Positions 1-9,140 of a stretch of DNA of 64,000 bases are shown here, one piece after another (position 1 is the stretch's first letter; each line of letters opens with the position of its first letter). The stretch comes from Chloroflexota bacterium. GTDB taxonomy: Bacteria > Chloroflexota > Anaerolineae > B4-G1 > SLSP01. The notes beneath the pieces were generated by a model that had not been told where the DNA came from, ran no database searches, and worked only from the letters and a program-made list of their open reading frames with translations. The position numbers and the translations under genes were made by a program. Where the stretch lies: contig JAKQHY010000109.1 of NCBI GenBank assembly GCA_029555965.1, positions 862 to 64,861 of the forward strand. Direction: 5' to 3'.

Positions 1-3000
1 GGCGGGATATTCGGCTTTCTCGTAGGCGTAAAACAGCGAGGTCAGCCCTTTGGAAATGGAGCCGGGGACGAGGCCCACGTAGAGGAGCGCCAGCGCGATC
101 ATGGCCTGCGTCGAGGCCGGGCCGGTGAGTTGCGCGACGAGCGTCTGGCGCGTCACGATGAAGCCAACGAGCAGGGTGATGCCCAGCACGCTCAAGAACA
201 GGCGGAGCACCGTGGTGTTGAAGAAGTAGCGATTGGCCTGCTCCCGGTGGCGGGCGACCTCGCGGGTCAGGTAAGCGTCCAGCCCGAAGTTGGTGATGAT
301 CTCGAACCAGATGAAGACGTTGCCCGCCAGGTAATAATCGCCGGCGTTGGCCGGGCCGAGGATGCGCAACATCAGGGCGGCAAACGCAAATTCCATCACG
401 CGGTTGAACATCGTCAGTGCGATGGGCGCGAGGCTGTTTTTGGCGACGCGCTGCACGGTGCTCGCGCCGGCGTCTTCGCGGTAGACGCGCCGCCAGAGCC
501 ACAGCACGGCGCAGAAAAGCAACGTCATCCCCCCCAGGAAGGAGGTGAACGCGCCGATTTTGACGCTGTTAGGGCTGTACTTGAAGCGCACCGTCGCGCT
601 CTCTTCCAGCCGGACGCCCCGGAAGTTCCCGGCGATGCGCACGATGGGCGCTTCGGTCTCGGCGTCTTCGCCCGCGCCGGGGGGCCGCGTGAAGGCTTTC
701 CAGCCGGGGAAGTAGGCGTCGGCGAGGATCAACCAAGCGGGGCCGTCTACCGTGGCGTCAATCAGGACTTCGTTGGCTGTGTACGAAACGACTGGCTGTG
801 CTTGCGCCGTGGCCGGTTCCGGCGTCGCCGGCTGCGCGTTGGCGGCGACCTGGTCGGCTTCTACAATGGCGTAGAAGCGGGGATCGTAAGTCTGGATCGC
901 CGTCCCCACCGCCTCTACATCCGCCACGACCAGGGTGGCGCTTTGCGGTAGGGTGAAGGCGCGCGGCATCACCCCCAGGTTTTCGTAGATGCGGACGGCC
1001 TTATCCTGGTAGACCTGGCGGTATTTCGGCAGGGGGATTTCTTCCTCGGTGACGATGTATTTGACGGTGAGCAGGTCGGTCAGCGGGCTGTCGAGGCTGG
1101 AGAATTGCGTGAACGGCGCGATGCGGTTGTAGGGCAGCCCGCCCTGCGGTTCGATCCAGTTCATGTAGCGCACATACTGCGCCGTGAACAGGCTGTCGTA
1201 GCCGCGCACGTCCTGGAGGTCGTGGATCATCCCGGCGTTGGCGCTGAGGGTGTTTTGTCCGTGGGGGGCGAAGGTGGAGAAGCGCCACAGGCCGGGTTGT
1301 TGCTTGAGGAAAGCGATGGACGGCGGTTCGGCGGTCAGCAGCGCCGGGTCGGTGGCCGGGTTGAAGCCCGCGCTGAAACTGACCAAATCCAGCACGAGCA
1401 GCGCGACCGCCATCACTTCCCAGACCGGACGGCGTCCCAGGCGGCGGGGCAGGTAGATGGGGCAGCGCGAGACGCGCAGCACGCAGCCCGCCCCGATCAA
1501 CAGCAGCGCCGCCGTCTGAATCCAGGGGAAGAGGTACGAATAGAAGGCGCGATGGTCGGGGAACGTCTCCGGCGCTCGCGCCAGCGCCAGGAACACGCGC
1601 GCCACCAGCGGCTCAATCGGCCCGAACAGCAGCCGCGAGAGCCACAACCCGGCCAGCAGCAGCAACCCCATCCACAGCGCCGCCACCGCGACGAAGCTGA
1701 CGGCGTTGGGAGACGTGTTGACCATTAGCCAGCGGGGAATGTGCTTCGTCATTCGTAATTCGTCATTCGTAATTTGCGTCTCCCCCTCTCCCTCTCTCCC
1801 CCTCTCCCCTTCCGGCCCGTGCGTGCGCCGATAGTTCGTCACAGTCGTCGCGCCCAGCGCGGCCAGCGCGGCCAGCGCCACCGTCAACGGGAAGACCCAG
1901 CGGAACGGCGAGTGCGATTGGTTCAGGAAGGGTAGCGCGTAGACCAGCGCGTACATCGGCGTGCCGAAGATGCAGCCGAGTGAGAACAGGGAGAGGAAGG
2001 TGAAGAAGGGGACGTAGGGGTGCGAAAGCCATTGTTTGATTTTGTAGGAAGTGCTGAGTGCTGAGTGCTGAGTGCTGAGGACTGAGGACTGAGGACTGAG
2101 GGCTGAGCCGTTTACTCGCTTTTCCGCTTTCTCGCTGATTCGCCGATCCGCTGATTCGCTGATTCGCGTTTTCGGCGGTCTGAGGATGGCGATGGCAGCT
2201 AGGAATAGCGGCAGGATGCCCAGATAGGCCGCGCCTTCAACGTAGTTCTTGATGCCCCAGTCGAATGCGCCGGTCGGCGTTGGGAGAGTCGCGCCGGTGA
2301 ACACGTCGTGCAGCGCGCGGTGGGTGGGGTTGCCGAAGAAGTTGGGGACGAGGAAGGTGATGAGCCGCCGCGTGGGGTAGGCCCAGCCGAGCACGTCGCT
2401 CAGTGTCACCGCGCCCTGGCGGAAGCTGGTCTGCACCACTTCGTAGAGCGGGAGCAGTTGCACCGCACCCAATGTCAGCCCCAGGCCGACCATGAGGAGC
2501 AAGCCGATGGCCGGGCTGAGCACATCGCTGCGCCAGGTCGCGCGCGGCTGCGTGAGCGCGGTGTGCGCCAGCCGCCACGCCGCGAACATCCCCATCACCA
2601 GCAGCGTGAAGTAGGTGATTTCCGCGTGCCCGGCCAGGATTTCCAGCCCCAGGGCGATGGCGCCGAGCAGCGCCCAGGGCAGCATCGCGCGCTGCGTTCC
2701 GAAAAACGGCGCGCGGCGCACCGTCAAGTCCACGAGCGCCAGGAGCAGCGGTAGCCACGAGGCGGCGGCGACGATCATCGGGTGGACGGCGGAGATGACG
2801 AGGAAGCCGCTCAACTGGAAGACGATGCCGGCCAGGAAGGCGCCCAGGTGATTTGCATGGAGCGTGCGCCCCAGGAGGTACATCGAAATGCCCGCCAGTC
2901 CCAATTGCAGCGTCATAAAGACGCCAAATGCGCGGGGGAGGGGCAGCAGGAGCGAGAGCCACGTCAGCGGGTACAGCGCGGAGTGTTGGCCGTTCGCCAG

Positions 3001-3288
3001 GAAAGGGTGCCCGCCGAACAGGTAGGGATCCCACAGCGGCAGTTCGCGCGCCTGGACGCTGTTGACCAGGAAGCGTTTCCAGGGGTAGTTTTCCAGCACC
3101 AGATCGGACAGGAGGGGATTTTGGGGGGTGGGGGCTGTGTCGCGCAGGGAGCGATAGGGTTCAAACAGATAGAGTGCATCGCCCGGAAGGAGGGTCTGGT
3201 GGCCCAGCGTCACCGGGGCGAAAAGCAACAGTGGCAGCAATAACAAGAGCGCGCCCCAGAGGGCGTCATATTTGAATCGGCGTATCAT
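1..3288 (-). CDS. YfhO-family (GT-C-like) polytopic membrane protein fused to a C-terminal Wzx/oligosaccharide flippase-like domain; 3' end lies outside the window
   Basis: Missing from the ORF track, probably because it has no stop inside the window. ATG at 3288 follows a GGAGAGG RBS. Reads MIRRFKYDALWG...SDLVLENYPWKRF...LPLWDPYLFGGHPFLANGQHSALYP (YfhO-like). The same frame at the left edge reads ...RVAKNSLAPIAL...LGPANAGDY...NFGLDAYLTREVAR...LFYAYEKAEYPA (flippase-like). I checked the frame by hand at both ends and across the two repeat inserts, not codon by codon throughout. Confidence 0.8.
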   Translation of the reverse strand, partial: MIRRFKYDALWGALLLLLPLLLFAPVTLGHQTLLPGDALYLFEPYRSLRDTAPTPQNPLLSDLVLENYPWKRFLVNSVQARELPLWDPYLFGGHPFLANGQHSALYPLTWLSLLLPLPRAFGVFMTLQLGLAGISMYLLGRTLHANHLGAFLAGIVFQLSGFLVISAVHPMIVAAASWLPLLLALVDLTVRRAPFFGTQRAMLPWALLGAIALGLEILAGHAEITYFTLLVMGMFAAWRLAHTALTQPRATWRSDVLSPAIGLLLMVGLGLTLGAVQLLPLYEVVQTSFRQGAVTLSDVLGWAYPTRRLITFLVPNFFGNPTHRALHDVFTGATLPTPTGAFDWGIKNYVEGAAYLGILPLFLAAIAILRPPKTRISESADRRISEKAEKRVNGSALSPQSSVLSTQHSALSTSYKIKQWLSHPYVPFFTFLSLFSLGCIFGTPMYALVYALPFLNQSHSPFRWVFPLTVALAALAALGATTVTNYRRTHGPEGERGREGEGETQITNDELRMTKHIPRWLMVNTSPNAVSFVAVAALWMGLLLLAGLWLSRLLFGPIEPLVARVFLALARAPETFPDHRAFYSYLFPWIQTAALLLIGAGCVLRVSRCPIYLPRRLGRRPVWEVMAVALLVLDLVSFSAGFNPATDPALLTAEPPSIAFLKQQPGLWRFSTFAPHGQNTLSANAGMIHDLQDVRGYDSLFTAQYVRYMNWIEPQGGLPYNRIAPFTQFSSLDSPLTDLLTVKYIVTEEEIPLPKYRQVYQDKAVRIYENLGVMPRAFTLPQSATLVVADVEAVGTAIQTYDPRFYAIVEADQVAANAQPATPEPATAQAQPVVSYTANEVLIDATVDGPAWLILADAYFPGWKAFTRPPGAGEDAETEAPIVRIAGNFRGVRLEESATVRFKYSPNSVKIGAFTSFLGGMTLLFCAVLWLWRRVYREDAGASTVQRVAKNSLAPIALTMFNRVMEFAFAALMLRILGPANAGDYYLAGNVFIWFEIITNFGLDAYLTREVARHREQANRYFFNTTVLRLFLSVLGITLLVGFIVTRQTLVAQLTGPASTQAMIALALLYVGLVPGSISKGLTSLFYAYEKAEYPA
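1750..1810. repeat. In-frame 7-nt repeat (ATTCGTA/ATTCGTC) plus CT-rich tract inside the YfhO-flippase CDS
   Basis: cattcgtaattcgtcattcgtaattt...tccccctctccctctctccccctctcccc; translates on the minus strand as ...GREGEGETQITNDELRMTKH with no stop. Confidence 0.8.
2051..2168. repeat. In-frame heptamer array (GTGCTGA x4, GGACTGA x3, GGGCTGA) and CTGATTCG-type repeats inside the YfhO-flippase CDS
   Basis: Seen directly; minus-strand translation RISESADRRISEK...SALSPQSSVLSTQHSALST contains no stop. Confidence 0.85.
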
Positions 3289-3337
3289 CATCCTCTCCAA
3301 GGTTAGTCAGCGGTTCTCTATGGGCATAAAATACAAA

Positions 3338-3369
3338 CAGGGCTTGGAGCTGCAAAGCTCCAAGCCCTG
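3338..3369 (-). terminator. Intrinsic terminator of the Roadblock-V4R-REC operon
   Basis: Perfect 14-bp stem CAGGGCTTGGAGCT/AGCTCCAAGCCCTG, followed on the minus strand by TTTGTATTTT, about 20 nt after the stop at 3389. Confidence 0.75.
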
Positions 3370-3388
3370 CCTGGTTGTAGTGTGCCGA

Positions 3389-4264
3389 TTACTGCTTTTC
3401 AGCGCCGGCCATGGGCATTTCCATTTGTTCAAGTTCTGGCACTTGTTCGGAGGATAGCACGGCAATGTCGAAGCTGAGTTTGGGCAACGGCGCGCCGCTG
3501 CTGTGCTTTCCGCTTTCCCAGTCGCGGTGCGGATAGAAGAAGGAGATGGCTTCATTCAGGCGTTTATCCAACCGGTGCAGGGCCGTTTGACCTTCCTTAT
3601 CGGCTGTCGCCACTACGACGAACTGGTAATTGTTCAATTGCCCTACGAATGGATCGGTATCCAGGAATTCGACGGCGGTATTTTGCAGGATGAGGGCGAC
3701 AGCGCGCAGTACATCATCATGGGTGACAAACCCGTAAGAGGCGCCGAAATCGCGCATTCCGTTCAAAATAATACGAATTAAGGCCAGTTTAGTATCGTGC
3801 GCTACCCGTTCCATCTGTTCTGTTACCAGCACCGAGGTGGGCAGTCCTGTCACCGGATGCAAGAAGGTTTCACGGATGTTACGTTGGAGGATGTTGCGCA
3901 CCCGAATTCGCAATTCCTGCACATCAAAAGGTTTTGTAATGTAGTCTACTGCGCCCAACTCCAATCCTTGCAGGCGATCCATCCGTTCCCGGCGCTCCGT
4001 CAAAAAGATGATGGGGGTGTTTTCGGTGCGGCGTTGACTGCGTAGTCGTTCGCATACTTCATACCCGTCAATGTCGGGCAGATGGATGTCGAGCACCACC
4101 AAATCGGGCTGGGTTTTGGTCGCCATAGCCACCGCATCCTCGCCCCAGGCTGCATGATCAACGGTGTATCCCAGGGAAGTAAAATACGCCGACAGCATTT
4201 CGGCCGTATTGGGATCGTCTTCAACGACAAGAATGTGACGCGGCGTATCCTCTCCTGACTTCAC
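3389..4264 (-). CDS. Response regulator: REC domain plus degenerate GGDEF-like domain
   Basis: REC motifs ILVVEDD / LVVLDIHLPDIDG / IFLT / YITKPF. Then HPVTGLP and YGFVTHDDVLRAVA, with NNYQF at the GGDEF position. GTG at 4264 follows AGGAGA (track start is 4294). Confidence 0.85.
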   Translation of the reverse strand: MKSGEDTPRHILVVEDDPNTAEMLSAYFTSLGYTVDHAAWGEDAVAMATKTQPDLVVLDIHLPDIDGYEVCERLRSQRRTENTPIIFLTERRERMDRLQGLELGAVDYITKPFDVQELRIRVRNILQRNIRETFLHPVTGLPTSVLVTEQMERVAHDTKLALIRIILNGMRDFGASYGFVTHDDVLRAVALILQNTAVEFLDTDPFVGQLNNYQFVVVATADKEGQTALHRLDKRLNEAISFFYPHRDWESGKHSSGAPLPKLSFDIAVLSSEQVPELEQMEMPMAGAEKQ

Positions 4265-4286
4265 GCCACAGTCTCCTTTTACTAGA

Positions 4287-4925
4287 TTAGCCAATCGGCT
4301 CTTTGTAGACTGCGAAAGTGCAGTTCTCGTGGCTCATGCCGATGCAAGTCAGTTGATCCACCCGGAAAGTGCGTCCGCCGCTCAACCAGCGTAGCGCCTC
4401 TTCGATGATGCCTGCCGCGATGAAGCCGCCGGGCCGTTCCACCTTGCGTCCCCAGCACATGGAGCAGCGATCAATAATGTAGTGGAAGTGGTCGCCGCCG
4501 GGGTCTTTGACGTAAGAGGTCTGATCACTCAACGAGTCAAAAACTTTGGCAACCGCCGGTAGCCCTGCCTTGAGTTTTGCCTGTAGCGGCAGCACCTTGA
4601 AGGCCAGGTCGCTGGCGCCCACCAACGCGCCAAAGTTCGCCAGACCTTGCGCAAAGAGCACGCGCCCCAGGCGTAACTGCAAACCACGGCCTCCGCGCGG
4701 TCCGTACATTTCCTCCAGGGCGCGGTTCAATGCCGAGATATAGGCAAAATCAAACCCTTTGTCCATAATATCCGGCGGTGGATTGTCAATGAACATGGAA
4801 AGGCCCGCCATGTTGAGGATGGCGTTCAGGCCATTGCGCCCCATAATTTCTTCGAGGGCGTCAAAGAGGATGAGACCAAATCGGTTGGGATAGTAGAAAC
4901 CACTGGGTTCAGGGGTATTCGCCAC
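4287..4925 (-). CDS. V4R (4-vinyl reductase-like) ligand-binding domain protein
   Basis: ALEEIMGRNGLNAILNMAGL N-terminus; C-terminal CSMCWG...G..EEALRWLSGG...CIGMSHENCTF cysteine pattern typical of V4R. GTG start follows GGAGG. Confidence 0.85.
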   Translation of the reverse strand: MANTPEPSGFYYPNRFGLILFDALEEIMGRNGLNAILNMAGLSMFIDNPPPDIMDKGFDFAYISALNRALEEMYGPRGGRGLQLRLGRVLFAQGLANFGALVGASDLAFKVLPLQAKLKAGLPAVAKVFDSLSDQTSYVKDPGGDHFHYIIDRCSMCWGRKVERPGGFIAAGIIEEALRWLSGGRTFRVDQLTCIGMSHENCTFAVYKEPIG

Positions 4926-4944
4926 TGCAAACCTCCTTACGTTG

Positions 4945-5319
4945 CTAGAGAATCGTTGATAGTTCTTCTGCTGCCCGACGCATGTCGAGGAAAAGTAGCC
5001 CTAATTTAGCCTGTTGCCGGGCCAGGACAGTGAGCACCGCTTCCTCACCCACAGCGCGGAGGATAACGTAGCCTTTCTCGCCCTTGACATAGACTTCGTC
5101 AAGTACGCCTCGCCCTAACTCCCCCGCAATGCGCTCACCCAGGGACAACATCGCGGCAGACATCGCCGAGACGCGGTCCTCTTCAACGCCTTGTGGCAGG
5201 GATGTGGCGATGGGAAGGCCATCTACACTGATAATGGCGGATGCTTCGACATCGGGGCTGCTAACCTGTAGTTCGCGCAGTCGCTCCACCATCCGTTCAT
5301 TTCGTGACCTGTTTGCCAT
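4945..5319 (-). CDS. Roadblock/LC7 (MglB-like) protein
   Basis: ASAIISVDGLPIA...RVSAMSAAMLSLGERIAGELGRG...VYVKGEKGYV...AKLGLLFLDMRR. ATG at 5319 follows GGAGG. Confidence 0.92.
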   Translation of the reverse strand: MANRSRNERMVERLRELQVSSPDVEASAIISVDGLPIATSLPQGVEEDRVSAMSAAMLSLGERIAGELGRGVLDEVYVKGEKGYVILRAVGEEAVLTVLARQQAKLGLLFLDMRRAAEELSTIL

Positions 5320-5387
5320 ACTTCGCGCCCTCCGATAGGAATTTGTTGAACCAGGAAGAGTGATAGTTCCTGGGGCCATTCATAGAC

Positions 5388-5416
5388 AGGGTATCACAGG
5401 AATATTACATTGTCAA
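5388..5416 (-). promoter_or_regulatory. Putative sigma70-type promoter of the Roadblock operon
   Basis: Minus strand TTGACA-17 nt-TACCCT, with TG just upstream of the -10. Confidence 0.45.
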
Positions 5417-5645
5417 GGCAAGGTTAAGAAATATTCCAACCCTCAAACTAAGACAGCTTATGGGCTATTCAATGCCGTTCATGTTTATATTTTAGTATAA
5501 CTTTTCTAGTTGGCAACACTGACCGACAATTTTTAGTAGACTTGACGGCGATTAACCAAAAAACGTTTTTGTGAACGCGGCAGAGTTGCCATGTCTGTTA
5601 GTTTATCACTTTCTGCGAACAATACCAAATCGCACGGCAAGCTCG

Positions 5646-5830
5646 CAGGGCCTTATCATTCTCCAGCCGGATGATGCGCTGCGCCATAGGAGACGGCTAA
5701 AGCCGTGATTCTTAAAGGGGTTTTGCGGTGACGGGCGGTAGCCCGTCACCGCAAAACCGCCTTCTTACCAGCGGCTTCAGCCGCAAAATCTCTTCGACAG
5801 GTTGTACCTGCCGAGAATGATAAAGCCCTG
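5646..5830. mobile_element. 185-bp MITE, copy 1 (CAGGG ends, 9-bp target duplication; ISAs1/IS4-like ends)
   Basis: TIRs CAGGGCCTTATCATTCTC / GAGAATGATAAAGCCCTG. Direct repeat GCAAGCTCG at 5637-5645 and 5831-5839. Second copy at 36991-37175. Confidence 0.9.
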
Positions 5831-5896
5831 GCAAGCTCGCGCTCGGCTTGATTCAATTCTAATAACACGTTATAATTCTTCAAGAGCTGGATTATT

Positions 5897-8386
5897 ATGA
5901 TCGGGGTTGGCATGGAGCAGGTCAAAACAAAGCCCAAAGTTCTCTCAATAGATGATACGCCTTCGTCTCGCCGGTTAGTACAACGCCTGCTTTCGGCTCA
6001 CTATGAGGTTTTTGAAGCGAGTGACGGGCTGACCGGGATTGATGAGGCCTTGCAGGTCGAGCCAGCCTTGATTCTGGTAGATTTGAATCTACCGCAATTC
6101 ACGGGTTATGAAGTTGCCACCCGCCTTAAAGCCTTGATGCCCGATGTCCCCATTGTGGCCTTGAGCGCCGATATGTCTGACCATGTCCACGAGCGCGTGC
6201 TGGCTTCCGGCTGCGACGGCTATATCCCCAAACCGATTGATCCAGATACTTTTGAAGAACAGGTAGCCAATTTTCTTGGCGGTCAGCGAGAAGAATTGCT
6301 GGATGATAGCTACCGGGACGCCTATCAACAAACTCTCGTCGCACGGCTGGAACAGAAGGTGCGGGAGCTGACCGAGGCTCTCAAGAGCAACGCCGATCTG
6401 AACGAGCAGCACGCACAGCTTCTCAAAGAGACCCAGCGCCGGGCCATCTTGTTGGCGGCCGGCGCCAAGGTCGCGCAGAGCATTACCTCTATTCTGGATT
6501 TGGACGAGCTGCTACAGGCCACTGTAAAAATCATCGGGGAAGAGTTTGGGTTCTATTATGTAGGAGTGTTCCTGGTGGAGCCTGGCACAGACTGGTTGGT
6601 ATTGCGCGCCGGGTTGGGGGAGGCCGGCGCCGCGATGGTGGCTGCCGACCATCGCCTGAAGATCGGTGGACTTTCGATGGTCGGGGCGGCGACCAGTCGG
6701 CGCAAGGCTATCAGCGCGCGGGATGTGGGTGTGGCTCCTGTGCATTTCAAAAACCCCCATTTGCCGCTGACCCGTTCCGAAATGGCTTTGCCCCTGATCC
6801 TTGGCAATGAAATCATCGGCGCGCTGACGGTGCAGAGTGTTGAGGAAAACGCCTTTTCTCAGGATGACGTGAAGGCATTACAAACGATGGCGGATCAGTT
6901 GGCTGTCGCCATCCGTAATGCGACCACTTATTTAGAGAACACCCGGTTGCTGGCTAACGCGGAGCGGCGCACGCGCCTGCTCGAGGCCGCCGCGGAAGTC
7001 GGGCGGCGGGTGACATCCATTCTTGACACGGATACTCTGTTGAAAGAGACGGTGGATATTCTCTGCGACGCCTATGGCTTTTATTATGCCGGTGTGTTTC
7101 TGGTGGACCCGACGCTAGAGCGCAAAGGGCCGGACGGTGAGTTGGAGCAATGGGCCGTGTTGCGGGCGGGGCGCGGCGACGCCGGTCGGTTGATGATTGC
7201 TGCCGGGCACAAGCTCAAGGTGGGGGGACTCTCAATGATCGGGACGGCGATTGCGAGCCGCAAGGCGCTCATCGCACTGGATGTGGGGGAGGAGCCGGTC
7301 CATTTCAAGAACCCGCACTTGCCGCTGACCCGTTCGGAGATGGCGCTGCCGTTAGGGGTTGGCGACCGTGTGATCGGCGCGGTAACGGTGCAAAGCGCGG
7401 CGGAGGCGGCTTTCACCCCTGAGGACATCACGATATTGCAGTCCATGGTGGATCAGTTGGCGATTGCTATCGCCAATGCTCGCTTGCTTAAAGACCTGGA
7501 ATCGGCGCACTCTGAGTTGGTGCGCACCAAGACTTTCGAGGCTATCGCTACGGCTACCGGTGAGGCGATTCACTGGGTAGGCAATAAAGCGGCTCCTATT
7601 CCGGCCAGCGCGGGGCGTGTGGCAGAGGATGTGACGAGATATTTCTTGATGATGGATGGGGTATTGAAGCTGGCGCCCCCCGAATTGCAGGAACATAAAT
7701 TCTCGCAAATGTTGCGTGCGGCGGTGGAATATATTGAGGAATATGCCTCCGAAACAAACTTCGCGTTGGACGTGGTGGAATTGCGCGCCCAGTTGGAGCA
7801 GCGTTCTCTACGCCAACTCAGCCGCGCACTCTCAGCGGAATCCATTTTTGAGGATTTAGAGATTGCGCGACAAAGTTCCCGCTCGATTTTGAATATTAAA
7901 GAAGACCTGATCGGCCCGGCGCGTGAGAAGCATCTGGAGGCGGTGAATCTAGAACAATTTCTCAGGACCATTGTTAAGTCTATGGGTATCCCCGAAGGTG
8001 TGGCGCGCTATCTGTTTTCTGAAAACATGGCGCAGGCAAAGGCCGATATCCGGCAATTGGAGAATGTCTTCAACAACTTGCTTAAGAACGCAATGGAGGC
8101 GATGGACAAGGTTGAAGATAAAAAGTTATTTATTTGGGGTCGGCGCGCGGACGATCCCCGTTTTGTGGTCGTGGATATTACCGACAATGGCGAGGGAATT
8201 CCCTCAGAAATCATTGACAAAATATGGGTCCCCTTCTATACAACCAAGGGAAATCGCGGGGGAACAGGGTTGGGATTGCCGGCCTGCAATAAAATTATTA
8301 CACAATTAGGGGGGAAGCTTACTCTGGATAGCATGGTCGGTGAGGGTACTACGTTTAGCGTTTATCTTCCGATTTACAAAGAATGA
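5897..8386 (+). CDS. Hybrid sensor kinase REC-GAF-GAF-HisKA-like-HATPase
   Basis: REC (VLSIDD, LVDLNLP, YIPKP); two GAFs (HFKNPHLPLTRSEMALPL; DQLAVAI); H-box-like EAIHWVGNK; N box NLLKNA; G boxes DNGEGI and GTGLGL. Confidence 0.9.
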   Translation: MIGVGMEQVKTKPKVLSIDDTPSSRRLVQRLLSAHYEVFEASDGLTGIDEALQVEPALILVDLNLPQFTGYEVATRLKALMPDVPIVALSADMSDHVHERVLASGCDGYIPKPIDPDTFEEQVANFLGGQREELLDDSYRDAYQQTLVARLEQKVRELTEALKSNADLNEQHAQLLKETQRRAILLAAGAKVAQSITSILDLDELLQATVKIIGEEFGFYYVGVFLVEPGTDWLVLRAGLGEAGAAMVAADHRLKIGGLSMVGAATSRRKAISARDVGVAPVHFKNPHLPLTRSEMALPLILGNEIIGALTVQSVEENAFSQDDVKALQTMADQLAVAIRNATTYLENTRLLANAERRTRLLEAAAEVGRRVTSILDTDTLLKETVDILCDAYGFYYAGVFLVDPTLERKGPDGELEQWAVLRAGRGDAGRLMIAAGHKLKVGGLSMIGTAIASRKALIALDVGEEPVHFKNPHLPLTRSEMALPLGVGDRVIGAVTVQSAAEAAFTPEDITILQSMVDQLAIAIANARLLKDLESAHSELVRTKTFEAIATATGEAIHWVGNKAAPIPASAGRVAEDVTRYFLMMDGVLKLAPPELQEHKFSQMLRAAVEYIEEYASETNFALDVVELRAQLEQRSLRQLSRALSAESIFEDLEIARQSSRSILNIKEDLIGPAREKHLEAVNLEQFLRTIVKSMGIPEGVARYLFSENMAQAKADIRQLENVFNNLLKNAMEAMDKVEDKKLFIWGRRADDPRFVVVDITDNGEGIPSEIIDKIWVPFYTTKGNRGGTGLGLPACNKIITQLGGKLTLDSMVGEGTTFSVYLPIYKE

Positions 8387-8409
8387 CCATGGACGTATAC
8401 ACTTATTTT

Positions 8410-8552
8410 GTAACTGCGTGGCCGGGCCGATCTATGAGTAGAATGTGATCTGAAATCTGGTTAGGGGTGGTTTTTCATCGCCGAGCTGCTCTTGGCGGCG
8501 AAAAAGCCGCTTTATCTCGCCTCTACGCGGTGATGTCCAGGTTGGCAGTTAC
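8410..8552. repeat. Degenerate MITE/REP-like element with GTAACTGC...GCAGTTAC ends and a central hairpin
   Basis: 8-bp terminal inverted repeat; internal GGTTTTTC...GAAAAAGCC stem. Confidence 0.5.
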
Positions 8553-8588
8553 TCTATTTCATTACGTTAAGAAAGGTGGTAAAGGGCT

Positions 8589-8996
8589 ATGGATGAAGAG
8601 ATAAAGATTTTATTGGTTGATGATGAGCGTATGGTACGACGCAGTATGGAAAAGACCCTGACACGGGCCGGATTTTACGTCGTGACGGCAGAGGACACCG
8701 CTAGCGCGCTGGAACTGTTCAAAGAGGAACTGGCCGAGGAGCCGTTTGATCTGGCCTTGTTAGACCTGAACATGCCCAACTTTGAGGGTGTTCCGGCGGC
8801 CAACGCCGGCCTGGAGTTGTTGAGCGAATTGGTAAAATTGCAGCCCACTCTCCCGGTGGTGGTGTTGACCGCCTTTGATGAAGTTGAGCGCGCCAAAGAT
8901 GCCGTGGCGCGCGGCGCGCGTGCTTACTTTGTCAAAGGGCGTGAGGCCGGCCTGCTGGAATTGGTCAACGAAATCCTGGGCACGGAAGCGGCTTAG
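8589..8996 (+). CDS. Single-domain response regulator (REC)
   Basis: ILLVDD, LALLDLNMP, VVLTA, YFVKG. Confidence 0.92.
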   Translation: MDEEIKILLVDDERMVRRSMEKTLTRAGFYVVTAEDTASALELFKEELAEEPFDLALLDLNMPNFEGVPAANAGLELLSELVKLQPTLPVVVLTAFDEVERAKDAVARGARAYFVKGREAGLLELVNEILGTEAA

Positions 8997-9140
8997 CGTC
9001 ACGCGCCGGCGCAACCTAAGGAGTCGTCATGAACCGGGTTCAGCGACAAGGTCAAAAAATTCAATGCAGCGGCGCAGAACCGAGCGTTTTTGACTATAAG
9101 ACTATCTGACTAACGACTATCAGACTATTTTCGAAGGAGT

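Noticed and set aside
130-3243. Plus-strand ORFs (130-951, 1105-1728, 2308-2754, 2782-3243) and short minus-strand ORFs
   Set aside because: Shadow frames of the long minus-strand YfhO-flippase gene in GC-rich DNA.
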